From Barthelona sp. PAP020 (taxonomy: Eukaryota), in the NCBI GenBank assembly GCA_040182905.1, contig JARQWU010000001.1, positions 1 through 64,000 on the forward strand: a stretch of DNA of 64,000 nt, in the 5' to 3' direction. The translations under genes and the position numbers were made by a program. The notes beneath the pieces are model-generated. The model ran no database searches. It was not told the DNA's origin and saw only the letters and a list, made by a program, of their open reading frames with translations. Below are positions 20,338 through 32,900 of the stretch, in pieces (position 1 is the stretch's first letter; each line of letters starts with the position of its first letter).

Positions 20338-21576
20338 ATGGATAATCTTTCCAAAGAATTATTAGATCCTGAATCTGTTCCTCAAGAACTATTAACTAAA
20401 TCGTTAAACGTCTTGAGAAATGCTAAAAATCATTCATTAAATGGAGGTTTGGATATGTTAAAAATTTTGTCAAAGAAACGTGGACAAACTGCAAATAACG
20501 TGATGAAATTATTAGATGAAGCATTCATTTGGGTTGATGAGTGCAGAGAAAATGATGATGATGATTCATTTCTTTTAGTAATCGATAAAATTCGTGAAAT
20601 CTCTGCTGGGAAGTTATTTTTAGAGTTGCAATGGATCAAAGCGACGAGAATTTTGGGACAATATTATTTCAACAAAGAAGAAGTTGATAAGGCTTTAGAA
20701 TTGTATTTGGAAATTAGAGTTGAAGCTGTTGGGTCTTTGTCCAAGTTGGAAAGGTTTGAAGTTGTCCTAGAACAAGTTAAATTGATGTTATTGAAAGATA
20801 AGTTTATTCTTGCATCCATGTCTATGCGTAATGTCAGTGATATTATGTTAAAAACCGACGAAATGCAGCATTTAGTTTTTGAATATTATGAATATAAGAC
20901 TAAAATTTTGTTTCATGAAGGAAAGTATTTTGATTTGGCTATGTGTCGAGTTGCTCAATTTGAAGTGCCTAAGCCAGAAGAATTTTCTTCTATAACCACC
21001 GAAGAGTTGGTTGCTGAGGCTATTGTTTTTGCATGTATTTCTGAATATTCTCCAGAAAGGAATAATCTTTTACAGGCTTTAATTGACCACAAAAATCTTG
21101 TGGAATTCCCCAAGGCACGTTACATTTGTGAATGTCTTTTAGGTAATGACCTCCTTGTGACATATTTACAAAATGATGAATCCGTTTTGGATAATCTCAG
21201 TAATTTCATTGCTATTGTACAAGAAAAATATGAATTCAAAGAATTATCTTTGGATGACATTATGGTTGACACCATTCTAGAACATAATTTGAGAGTCGTC
21301 TCAAAAGTTTTTTCTAATGGTAATTTGGAAAGTTTAGCGGATTTATTGCAAACAAATGCTGAAATAATAGAAGAAAAGATTTGTGAACTCATAGAAAGAG
21401 ATGAAATTGCTTGTCTTATCGATAGGCCTGCAAGAATTGTTAATTTTGTTGATAGGAAAGCTCCCAGTGAAATATTAAACAATTGGGGAGATCAAATTGA
21501 AGTTACAGTTGATTTATTAGGTAAAGCTTGTCATTTTATCAATGTAGAAAAAGCCAGAACCAAAAATAATCAATAA
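20338..21576 (+). CDS. RPN5: 26S proteasome lid subunit Rpn5/PSMD12
   Basis: LSKKRGQ, ISAGKLFLELQ, EIRVEAVGSL, LEHNLRVVSK and IDRPARIVNF...ILNNW...ACHFINVE (PCI domain). Start set at MDNLSK. Confidence 0.92.
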   Translation: MDNLSKELLDPESVPQELLTKSLNVLRNAKNHSLNGGLDMLKILSKKRGQTANNVMKLLDEAFIWVDECRENDDDDSFLLVIDKIREISAGKLFLELQWIKATRILGQYYFNKEEVDKALELYLEIRVEAVGSLSKLERFEVVLEQVKLMLLKDKFILASMSMRNVSDIMLKTDEMQHLVFEYYEYKTKILFHEGKYFDLAMCRVAQFEVPKPEEFSSITTEELVAEAIVFACISEYSPERNNLLQALIDHKNLVEFPKARYICECLLGNDLLVTYLQNDESVLDNLSNFIAIVQEKYEFKELSLDDIMVDTILEHNLRVVSKVFSNGNLESLADLLQTNAEIIEEKICELIERDEIACLIDRPARIVNFVDRKAPSEILNNWGDQIEVTVDLLGKACHFINVEKARTKNNQ

Positions 21577-21786
21577 TTTTGCAAAAGTAAAGATAATTGT
21601 GAGTAAATTGTTATTCTTTTCATATAATTTTTTTTCATAAAAAACACTGTTATTATAGTGATACTGGTTACCAAGGGTTTATTTTTGGACAAATTGGCCT
21701 TAAAAAATAAGGTAATTTGCAGAAAACAATCAATGAACAAAAACTCAAGTTTTTTTTTCAATTTTTTCATTGTTTTTTTGAACTAA

Positions 21787-24700
21787 ATGATGAATAAAGA
21801 AGAAATTGCGATAACTTTACAGAAATGTAATAGTTTAATACATTCTAGATCAACTCAATATATGGTAATCACAAAATCTATCGATGGATTAAAGAGTTTA
21901 TCTTTACATTCATTAGAAATGATGAAAACACTTTATGAAAAATTAAATAATATTATCAATGATGATACATATCGCAGCAATCCAAGAAGACATGCAGTTT
22001 TAGCTATGTCTGATATTATTTGTAAAGATCCTGATAATTTTTTAATGGGTATTGAAAGAATTTCGTCTATATTGGAATCAGGTGCTGAAAGTTCTCAATT
22101 TGTGTGTAAAGCTGCACTTGAAGCATTAGGAAACATTGGAAGACAAGTTCCTATGTTACAAGAGCCTTTGAAAACGTTAATTTTTAATTATTTACCTAGT
22201 GCTGAAGACTCTAATCAAAAAATCAAGAGTAGTCTTTTATTTGGGATTATCACTGCTCTTTCAATGATGGCACAAACAAATACGCATATTAGAGCCTCTA
22301 TAATACCAGATCTTTTTGCCTGTTTAACCCATCCAGTTGGGGAAGTTCGAAAAGCAGGCATACTTGCGTTAGGTAGATGTTGTTTAAATTTAGGAGACAC
22401 ACAACCAGATATGTTATTACCCCAACGTGTATTAGATGCATGTTTAACGCTCCTGCATGTAAATGACCAATCAATGAACGAATATGACAAGAGTGAGCTT
22501 GTTCATTTGCGCAGTGCGACTGTAGAAGCTTTAGGTATGGTGGCTTTATCTAATCCTGATCGTTTTTCGGATTTAATTCGCAGTCAATTTGTTGAGATTT
22601 TGAAATCTAAGGATATTACCGATGTGAAGATTAAAAGTACTGTAGTTGTTCAATTAGGAGTTATCGAGGAATGTAGTCGTGACGATGCCAAGTCTATTGA
22701 TGTCACTGTTAGAGTTTTAAAGGATATTTCTGATTTTGATCAGCGTTTAAGGGAGCCTGTTTGTTATGCATTAACGCTTATTGCCAGATCTCATTCTAAT
22801 TATTATGAGATTGCTCATGATGCTTATATTAAGATTTTAGGCAATAGAGAGAGAAGAATTGATTTTGAAGAGTTGGATGAGATGTTCTATTCAGAATTCT
22901 TACCGGGATGGTGTGAGTTAATTGCACCTTATCATGCAACCTTGTTGGAAAGAACAAAGAATATTAGATGTGGTGAGTTTGTTCAAAACGATAGTAGTTG
23001 GGCTACTGGTGGACGAGTACCCATGTTTATGAATAGGTTGCATGTAATTGATTCCACAAAGCGAATTCGTCAAAATGCTGAACGAAGATTCAAGGAGCAA
23101 TATCATGTGGAGACAACAGAAGCAGATATACAAGAATCTGCCCATGAAAGTCATGAAATTGAGCGTATTTCAAGCATTGAAGAAGCAAAAGAACAAAGTA
23201 ACACTGAGCTTATTGATTTTTCAGCAAGAAATAGTGGTTTTGAAAAGTCAAACAGTTTTGGACAAATGGATCAATTAGATGAGGGTCAATATGAAGTTAG
23301 TTCTGTTGTTGAAGTTAATATTTCTGATGATGAAACGTCGAGTGTTGCTGAAGCTGAAAATACTGAAAATCAAGCAATAGAGGTTGAAGAAGCAAAAAAT
23401 GAAGCTAAAACAAAGGTTTTAGGAGATGAGCCGGAAGAAGAAATCGATGAAAGTGTTGAAAACGATGAAAATGATGATTGGACATTTGTGCTTGATTTTG
23501 ATGCCAAAGAAGAAGACAAAATGGAAAGAAATGAAACAAGTGAGAAAGAGCAAGAGTCTGAAGAAGAAAAAGAAGAAGAAAAAGAAGAAGAAAAAGAAGA
23601 AGAAGAAGAAGAAGATTTCATGAAAGAACAACCTTGGAAAGATGCTGAAATATCTACTGTGTCAAAAGATGATGAAGTTCTCAACGATACCGATTGGGAT
23701 ACTGTCTCATCACCTTCAAGATCGACAAATATGAACGTAGGCGTATCCACTATTGATGAAATGATGGATCAAATGAAACGCGAGAGTTTACCCAGGTTGT
23801 CTTCCATTAATGAAATTACTGACGATGAATTGGTTCTTTCCAGTGATGATGTTATCGTCAATATAAATGAAATTCCTGAAACCTTAGCTTTATTGGCAAA
23901 GCAGATTGCATTGAGATCGACTTTAAAACGTGAAGCTTTGATGAAACAAAGAATTGAAGCACGTAGGAATAGGGTGATTGAAATGTTAGAGAGAGCTGAT
24001 CCAGACGCTTATGATACAAGAGAATTAGAACGTGAGTTATACAGATTAAGTAAGCCAAAACATTTGTTAGATACTGAAGTTGCTGTTTATGAAATGCCAG
24101 AGCCCATTTCCACCAGGGGATTCACCAATCAAGGTTTTACTCACAATAAGAATCCTAAGCAGTTACACAAAGTCAATAGGAACAGTAATACATTGGAGAT
24201 GCAACATCATCCAAAAAGAGGGACACAAGTATGCAAATTCTTTTTGCAGGGTAAATGTTACAAGGGAGAAAATTGTCCCTATCGTCATGAATATCCTTCT
24301 GGACATGCACAAGAGCAATCTTCAACTCAAAGTTCAAGACAAATACAGGGTCAAATGCAAGTGAAAAACACAAATCAAGGGCAAACTCAATTGAATTTTT
24401 CCGGGATGGGTATGGGTGTAAACATGCAAATGACCCCTCAAACAAATGCACAAATGTTCAACAGGGATAACGAGACATATAATACTGAGTATTTAGAGAA
24501 TATGCCGATCAATCAATTGAAACAGATGCTTAAGAATGTCATTAATGACCTAGGTTTGGATCCTGACAACAAAAAGAGTTACGAATTTTGTAAGCATAAA
24601 AAAACCAAACAAGGTTGCCGTTTCAGTGATGAAGAATGTCTTTATTCACATAATTTCAAGCTTCTACCTTGTTTTAGAAACTTCAAAGAGCATACATGTC

Positions 24701-25248
24701 CTCATGGATCTGACAATTGCAAATATTCACACGATTATCGAATTTACAATTTAAATTCTTTGTTGAGGGCCATTAGACATGTTTCCAGTGCAAAGAATAG
24801 AACCCAATCTCAAATGTCATCGCAAATGTCGTATGAGTCTGGTGTTCAACAACAAAACATGAGTTTAAAAATGAATCCAACACTTGAACAGCAAATACTG
24901 ATGCAACAATTAATGTTACAACAAATGGGACAAATGGGACAAATGAGAAATTTGGGTAATATGGGTAATATGGGTAACATGGGCAATATGGGCAATATGG
25001 GGAATTTGGGTCAAATGAGTAATTTTGGCAACATGAATATGGGCCAAATGGGTCAAATGGGACAACTGGGACAGATGAGTAACATTGGTAACATGGGCAA
25101 TATGGGCAACATGGGGAATTTGGGTCAAATGGGCAATTTTGGCAACATGAACATGGGCCAAATGGGTCAAATGGGACAACTGGGTAACAACATGTCCAAC
25201 AATATGAGAGGGACAAATATGGATAATCAAAAATTTCAATTTCGTTAA
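21787..25248 (+). CDS. HEAT-repeat protein with an acidic linker, three CCCH zinc fingers and a Met/Gly/Asn/Gln low-complexity tail
   Basis: HEAT-like VCKAALEALGNI, EVRKAGILALG and LRSATVEALG. CCCH fingers CKFFLQGKCYKGENCPYRH, CKHKKTKQGCRFSDEECLYSH and CFRNFKEHTCPHGSDNCKYSH. Confidence 0.8.
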   Translation: MMNKEEIAITLQKCNSLIHSRSTQYMVITKSIDGLKSLSLHSLEMMKTLYEKLNNIINDDTYRSNPRRHAVLAMSDIICKDPDNFLMGIERISSILESGAESSQFVCKAALEALGNIGRQVPMLQEPLKTLIFNYLPSAEDSNQKIKSSLLFGIITALSMMAQTNTHIRASIIPDLFACLTHPVGEVRKAGILALGRCCLNLGDTQPDMLLPQRVLDACLTLLHVNDQSMNEYDKSELVHLRSATVEALGMVALSNPDRFSDLIRSQFVEILKSKDITDVKIKSTVVVQLGVIEECSRDDAKSIDVTVRVLKDISDFDQRLREPVCYALTLIARSHSNYYEIAHDAYIKILGNRERRIDFEELDEMFYSEFLPGWCELIAPYHATLLERTKNIRCGEFVQNDSSWATGGRVPMFMNRLHVIDSTKRIRQNAERRFKEQYHVETTEADIQESAHESHEIERISSIEEAKEQSNTELIDFSARNSGFEKSNSFGQMDQLDEGQYEVSSVVEVNISDDETSSVAEAENTENQAIEVEEAKNEAKTKVLGDEPEEEIDESVENDENDDWTFVLDFDAKEEDKMERNETSEKEQESEEEKEEEKEEEKEEEEEEDFMKEQPWKDAEISTVSKDDEVLNDTDWDTVSSPSRSTNMNVGVSTIDEMMDQMKRESLPRLSSINEITDDELVLSSDDVIVNINEIPETLALLAKQIALRSTLKREALMKQRIEARRNRVIEMLERADPDAYDTRELERELYRLSKPKHLLDTEVAVYEMPEPISTRGFTNQGFTHNKNPKQLHKVNRNSNTLEMQHHPKRGTQVCKFFLQGKCYKGENCPYRHEYPSGHAQEQSSTQSSRQIQGQMQVKNTNQGQTQLNFSGMGMGVNMQMTPQTNAQMFNRDNETYNTEYLENMPINQLKQMLKNVINDLGLDPDNKKSYEFCKHKKTKQGCRFSDEECLYSHNFKLLPCFRNFKEHTCPHGSDNCKYSHDYRIYNLNSLLRAIRHVSSAKNRTQSQMSSQMSYESGVQQQNMSLKMNPTLEQQILMQQLMLQQMGQMGQMRNLGNMGNMGNMGNMGNMGNLGQMSNFGNMNMGQMGQMGQLGQMSNIGNMGNMGNMGNLGQMGNFGNMNMGQMGQMGQLGNNMSNNMRGTNMDNQKFQFR
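24925..25190 (+). repeat. Coding repeat: 9-bp MG(N/Q) units with a higher-order 114-bp duplication
   Basis: The unit starting ggtaacatgggcaat at 24973 recurs at 25087, 38 codons later. Confidence 0.9.
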
Positions 25249-25743
25249 AAAAAAACAATGTGGTATTTTTACTTGTTTAGATAAAGAGTTTATACTTTTT
25301 TGCTTGTTTTTTTTGAAAAATGACCAAAACGAAGTGTCATGTCAATTTTCAGAAAGTGCGCAAAAGAGAAAGAAGAGGTTCTTTCAAGTAAGCTCAAGCG
25401 AATCTGCTCAAATTTGAACCATAAATGTTGTTGAGCAAGATTGGTAAATAGAGGTTTTTGTGATATGAACATCTTTCTACATAGATCACCATCAACCACA
25501 CAACAAATGGAAAAAAGATGGATACAAGACCAAAGACAAAATAGTATTCAAGAAGGCTCTTTGCAAGTAGAATCTGATGAACAAAGTGAAAAAAAACAAG
25601 AACAAAATACAGCACTGTCAATTAAAAATCCACATTAGTGTTGAAATATGTGTTAAAATTTCAAAAATTCATCGAATGTTATGCAAATAATAGAAATGGA
25701 CCATTCTTTATGTCAAATAACGAATAATTAGCATTCAACAATG

Positions 25744-26697
25744 CTAATCCTCCTCCTCATCATCATGTTAGCTTTGTTTTTTCAAAAATGCACGTATGTT
25801 ACCACCATTTGTTTCATTAAGGTCGACCAAATCCCGACACATGTCGATAACTAGATTATACTCTTCTTCATTCACCCAAACCCCTGAAGCTACCAACTGT
25901 CTAACAACATTGGTGCTTACATTGATAGAAAAAAGGTTTGACAATATATAACCATCATCCTTTCACAATTCAATGAATTTGGATTGATGTGAAGGGTCAT
26001 ATTCAAGCCCAATTGAATAGACTTTGATTGTACCACCAGTGCATCTTCCACACTAACTGACTCATATCAGGTGATATAGCAAAAAAATAATGGTATCGAT
26101 CAGCAGCACAAGAAATTTTTTGAATTTGCTGAAAGTTATTAATTTTGTATGAGCAAATATAACCATCAGAAATAACAAGCAGAATATCTTTGGTCAAGAA
26201 ATGAATGGAACACACCAAGCCACTCATATCAAATGTGTGAAGAATTGACCCGTTGTCGATGTTCCAGAGTTTCACTTAATTTGATTAATCACCAACTGCA
26301 ACAATTTTTTTTTGGATGAATTGAAATCAATAGATCTAATAATACCAGCTTGATTGAATGTACGAACAATAGAGAAATTGTCAAGGTAAACCAATTTGAG
26401 ATTGCAATCACTACTGGCTGTTAGAAGATATTTTCCACATGGTAAAAATTGTATCCTACAAATATTGGCTGAGTGAACTGTTGCTTCCATTACAACATTG
26501 CCATTATTTACATCCCACTTCTTTAGATTTTCATTTTTATCACCAGAATACACATAATTTGAGCAGAATGGAAAACAAATCCTATAAAACCAACAGTCAT
26601 TACTTAACCTTCTTAAAATGGAAAAATTTGGAAGGCTGTATATAATAATAGTACAATCACTTGAACATGTGACCAACTTTTGTCCATCTGGTTAAAA
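25744..26697 (-). pseudogene. Decayed, 5'-truncated WD40 paralogue of the gene at 55545-56763
   Basis: Colinear similarity (PDGQKLVTCS, VKLWNI, FFAISP, YDPSHQ..IEL*KDDGY.LSNL, DLVD.NE.NGGN). Stops at 26692-26694, 25963-25965 and 25768-25770. Frameshifts near 26305-26313 and ~26050. Confidence 0.88.
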
Positions 26698-26936
26698 GTC
26701 TTATGAATTTGTTGATCCAATTTCTTTTTCTTTTTGAACCTGTTTCAGATTTAAACTTAAAATAAAGATGTCCAAATGATCAATAACTAACTACATTATT
26801 CCACAAATCAATTGAGACTGATCAGCTAATTACAATGCATTCTAATGAATGTTCTGACAATTGATTGATTTTTTCATTCAATTGAAAAAAGATTTGTTTG
26901 AAATGCAGGCAAAAATAAACACAATTTATTTACACA

Positions 26937-29900
26937 TCAATTTTTTTTTTTTTTCATTTCACTGTCGAAATCATTCTTTGCCCTCTTCGCTGAAACAATC
27001 CAACGAACGATATCATGAGAATATTCAAGAGAAGGAATATTTGTGATCTTATGTTGAATAGGTTCACTGAACAGACCAAAGAACCCTTCAGAAGATTGAT
27101 CAGTCACAATAATAATGGTTGAGTTTTCTAAGAAGATTCTGTCAGTACCAATGGATTGAAGAGAACATTTCCATGTCAAGGATAATTTTCCAGTGTTAAT
27201 GGTGTAACAAAACAGGTGAGTTAACGTCAAAACATAAATGTTTGGGTCAACAATGAACATGTGAAACCACACACTGTTTTCTTCTTCCTCTTTAATTTTA
27301 TGATACACAATGGCTTCAATACTGTTATAAGCATATATAGGTTTGAAAGGTGCTAATGCCCTTTCGAATCTTGATCTGGTGACCTTGTTCATTGTAGAGA
27401 AAGATTTTTGTGCACCATCTGCAATTCTAGCTATTCCAGCAGTTGTACCAGCAAGTGGTTTAGCAACAACACCGATAATACCTGCACCAAATCCTTTAAT
27501 TCCACCGATGAATCCTTCTTCTTCCGCACCTTTGATGGGCTGGGTAACAATACCGGTGATACCATCCCAGAAACCACCAACAAATGATTTACCAGCTTCA
27601 ACTAATCCTGAACCTAAATCTTCAGTTCTTTGTCTTTGCATGGCATGTTCTTGGGCAAATTGATCATCCATCGAGATATTCACCAAACCTTTTTCTAGGG
27701 TACCCATAAATCCTCCAATGACACCAAATGCACCACTTGTTGTATTTCTGAATAAAGAAACCATACCACCAGCTGTACGTGAAGCTATATCACCCAAATC
27801 AAGAACTTCGCCATCTTCTGGTTCATAATAGAAATCATCAACTCCATTACCGATTGAATTAAACAGTGTAATAGGGTTACCAATGAGAGAGAAAGAAAGA
27901 AGGCCTTTTACAGCAGTAAGAGGACCGATTACTTGACCACGATAGAAATCAACCATTGTTGAAACAAAGGCGTCTTTGGCCAAAGATAACTTCTCAAAAG
28001 AACACGCATTCATACATAGCTTAAAGTCTTTGACATTTAACAACATACTGAACAATCGTATGACAGATCTGGGAATGCCAAAAGAGGCCAAAGAAATATC
28101 AGTGCATTCAAAGGTCACGATGAAGCACAATGGATGAATGATAAAGTTATTCAAGTAAATTTTGTTCACTTGCTTTTCAAGTTCCATTTGCATGTATTTT
28201 TCGATCAAAGATAATTGAACCTTCTTTTCACGAGCAGGTAGGAAATCAGTTAAAATATCAACTACTTTGCTAATGCGATCCAATTCTAAGACATTGAAGA
28301 AATTCAAACAAGTTACCAAAAAGTTATCCGTCATACGAAGTTCGATTTCTTGAAGGGATAAGGCGAAATAATCCAAAAACAAAGTATGTTTGTCCTCAAT
28401 ATTTTGAACAACTGTCAATCGCATTAAGGGTAATTGCATGGTTCTTTCTTTACGAGGTCTAAACATTACAAAAGGTTCCATTGAACCATGGATCAAATTT
28501 TCCAATTGAATGTTGTGAATTTTAAATTCAATACGATTCGAAGAGGTATGCTTTTCATAATTTAACGTTATTTGATTGATATTAAACAAAGCTAATTCTC
28601 TAGGCAAGGTATCAATTAAAACAACAGTGATGTTGGGAATACTGATATCCACCTTCATTTCCAAGAATTGTTTCTTCAATTCTTTTTTAGCTATTCTCTT
28701 TGATAATTCTTCGGAAAAGTCATAAATCGCCACAATAAATGTACCATTACGGAAATATGAACGATACATCAATTGACGTTCAGATGACACTTTAATAAAT
28801 TTGGGAATGATGTTTATTTCATTCAAATCAATGATAACAAATTCAGGGTCTATCAATCTTGGGGTCATTAACCTCAATTGAGGAGAATGAGCTTGGAATT
28901 GGGGCAAGAAATAAGAATTTTGATTAGAATCTAATGCGGTAAGAGGGGTAGTTTTAATATTGGTTGAATCTTTTGTGACAAGTTCACCATCAGTACTTAA
29001 AACTTGACATATATGCAAGATATGTGCAGAATGGTTCGTAATTTTGAAAGGTGTTGCTAAAGAATTGCCATCATTGATAATACAAACGATTTGACTGTCT
29101 TGTAATCTGATTTGAATGAATAAATTTAGTAAATTAGTTGATTTCTGCCTAAATTCAGTAGCTAGGAAAAAATCACCAACCTTACACAAATTAATGGGTG
29201 TGGTTGGATAAAACATCCCACTTGATTCAGCTAATTTCACTTCAAATTCACTTTTTTCATCTAGTGGCATGGAACTAAAATGAATGACTTCATGTGTTGA
29301 TCCAGCTTCAATTTCAACTGAATTACCACCTCTTGGTTCAATTGAGAAACTATTACATGATTTATTAATAAAATGGAATCTGGGTAGAAGACTTACATTG
29401 AAATGATTTCCTTCAATGTTATGAATATCAACACCAATATTATAGTCACCGACTTTAATGTGTTGATCATTTCTAATGTCAGGAATAAACGTACACTCAT
29501 CAATATCAATATCATCAATTGTTCTCAACTTAAAAATATTTTCATCGGCTTTTGTTGCTGTCAATAACAAAATACCTGGTTCTTGATCAAATGCATTCAA
29601 TAAATATACATGTGAATCTACTTCCAATTCAAAAGGAATGGGTAGATAATTTGCAACAACATGTGATACATGAATAGAGTAGGAACTTTCATTCTTTTCC
29701 AGCATAATCTGCATTTGTACTTCAACAGCAGATCCATCAATGAACATATCAACAACTCTAGATGACTCATTCAAATCTGCTACTGACAAAATACCTGATT
29801 TCATGTTCAATTTTGGAATGCAAATTTCTATCGTATGGATTTGTTGGTCTGTACCAAGAATATCTACCTTTGCAGAATTGGCTTCCAAATTGATACTCTC

Positions 29901-32900
29901 TTCATTTAAAACAATCTCAACGTTCAATGGCAAGGTGTTACGAATGGAAATCAATGGTTTGATCAAAAGTATAGGTCCAAATTCATCATGACTGGTTTCA
30001 ATGCTTACAGTAAAATTATTGGGTGTGGGACCAATCAAATTTCTATCATTCTTATCAAGACAAACAGACAGTATCTTTTGGTCAACCATATAATCAGGTG
30101 ATTGACAACCATTGTATATCAGATGCCATGGTATAACTTCCCCACCAACCAATGGTAGAGAAGAGATATCGCCTGAATGAAGAAGGTCTCTAAACAAATT
30201 ACTTTCAATCTCCACATCAAAATCAATGCAATTTTTGATTCGAACAGCAGAAGAAATGACCAAAGTACGCATTCTATTAATAGGACGCAATTCCAACAAT
30301 AAATTGGTGCCATCAGATAGAGAAAGTATCGTTGAATAAGCTCTTGTAAGGAAGAATGACACAGGGGTGTTTAATGACGCACCTACTAAACGTAAACGTT
30401 CAACTAAGATATGACTGTCTGCTGCATGATGTCTAAATGGTACAATTCCTTGTTTAGTCGTTTCCATTTCAAAAATAACGTCATTCATTGTATGAGAAGG
30501 GAAATCAATACTTTGTAAGGTTGTTTGATGAGGTGGATTAAACTGTAAAGTAAAATCGTAATCAGATCTATTTAATAACACAACTGGAGTTAGATCTTGT
30601 TGAGTGGTTTTGGCAGTTTCAGTAGTTTTCAATTGAACAAGCGAATTTAAAAGCATATTGAATTGATTTGATACCAAATTGATATTTAAATCAGCAGAAG
30701 GAGGGGTAAATGCTACATCATTCTTAAAAGGAAAATCTTGTGTAATAGGACCAAGAGTAACATTGGTTTGTTTTGAATCTTTCAAAATATGACACCCGTA
30801 AACGAATTCCTCAATAAAAGGTTCATAAATTGTCTGATCATCAGACCAAATATTGAACTCAAATCCAATGGTAGCTTTAATATCAATGCTTTGTTTTGCC
30901 ATCAAAATCAAGGTTGAAATATGGGACATATTAATCCTGATGAGTGGCATAGGTGGTTTATTTGGTAAATCTAAAATAAGCACAAATTCAACAACATCAC
31001 CAATAACTTCCAATTCCAAACGAGTATCATCTTGTGTTTCCGCTGGAACAACATCAGTATTGACTGAAGAAAGTTCAAAATCAGTTGTACGATCAATTGA
31101 TTTTGATTTTTGACTCATTTCATCCATTGTAGAAGATAGATGTTCAGTTAATGAATCAATATAATCCAAACTGATGCCATATAACATCAAACAATCTTGA
31201 TAACTGAACCTAAATACGATTTTGGGTAAATTAACTCGTATTTGTCTCAATTTTTGATCATTTTCGATCGTTTCAATGAAAGACACATTCCACTGTGATA
31301 TATCGGTAACAACAGCAGAAGTCTCATTGATTTCATGTAAATTGAATGTGATGACATCCACAATATTGAAACCAACGTTGACTTCTTTAACATTATTTTG
31401 TTGTTCAAAATGCACATAAGAAGAAAGAATAGCGCCTATGCACCTTGACTCAGGATTCTTTGCTTCCTCAATTAGTATGATCTCAACAACAGAAATGGAT
31501 AATTTAATGTCAGTTCGGTAAATAGAATCAGGAGGTGCAGGTGCATTAATTTTTTCTTTTTGTGCTGTTTCAATTTCAACTTTTTCTTGTTTGATTTCTG
31601 GTCTTGTGAGGGTTAACATATTGTCATCCAAATCAGCAACATCTGATGCAATATCAATATCAAAACTTGAATCAATTTCATCATCTCTAGAATGTCTTTT
31701 AAGTGGTAATAGAACAAAAGAAAGAATATCATCGATAAAAGTAGCATTTGGTAAGATAGAAATACTGTTAAGAGACAATTGAACCGCTGTTTCATCTTCT
31801 TGAATATAGCAACGTATCAAAATCATGTCATTATCCACAGCAATTGGATACTCATCATTTTCGTCAGCATCATTGTTTGAATTTATCATACTTTTCTTTG
31901 AAATGATATTTGGATTGACAAACAAGTCTGAACGTAAATCAACAATGGAAATTTCCCTGATATCACAGCTCAATGTCATATCAGAATCCTCTTTTGAAAA
32001 AGATAAGGTTAAACCAGCAAAGATAAAAGATCCAATATCTTGTTTCTTTTCAATTGAAGCAAGAGTTAAGCTAATAGTGTTAAGTTTTACATTAGCAACA
32101 ATTTGAACAGACGTTTGTGGTTGTGTTTCATCTTGAGTCTGAGGGGTTTGATCCACTTTTGTATCAAGAATTTGTACTTCTTTTGCTTCTTGCGTTTCTT
32201 TTGAAATAAACGTTTCATCACTCTTTTTCAATGCATTATTAATCGTATTGTCTATCTCTTCTTCTTCTTTGAACTCTTGAAGGTAATTATCCTTGAAATT
32301 ATCATTTAAAGTGGTTAACAATTGGTCATATAATATATCATCCATGAAAAAGTTCATTTCAGAAGTACATACATCAAGCAAGATCTTGTCACCATATATT
32401 GACTTGCCGAAATCAATATCAAATGTTGTTAATGGCAAGACTTGTTGTGTAACGTTTCCTCTGTCAATAGAAAAACCACCTTTTAAGGCAATCAATTGAA
32501 TATTTTTATCATCAGGATTTTTAATACTTAAATGAAGCTTATCAAGGGTTAAATCAATTGCTGTATCAAAATAATAAGGTCTTTCAGGAATAATCAAATG
32601 AATATTGTTAACTTTAATGTCAACAGTCGGAATTATTGATTTTTGAGCTTCTTTTGCTGTTTTAACTGTAGTTTCTTTTGTAGCTGCAGTTAATTTTTGC
32701 ATTTGATCAATGAAAAATTGTGAATCTTCCAAATATGCTAACAAAGAATTTGTCATGGCATGAACGTAAATAACTTCCATGTTTTTCATTTCAACAGTGA
32801 TGAAAGGTTTATCTACGTATTGATTCTTTAACATTTTGAAATATAAGAACTTTGCTGTGTCTTCTGGACATCTAACGAATTCATGATATTTACCAGAATG

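Noticed and set aside
23370..25258. Antisense and alternate-frame ORFs (poly-F, poly-K, poly-S, CPYCP and HIAH repeats)
   Set aside because: Shadows of the GAA-rich and MGN/MGQ repeats of the real gene. The same applies to short ORFs nested in TOP1, UPF2, VPS13 and the calpains.
25744..26697. Stop-codon reassignment as the cause of in-frame TAA/TGA
   Set aside because: The stops co-occur with frameshifts. Multi-kb genes are open in the standard code, and conserved genes end in TAA, TAG or TGA.
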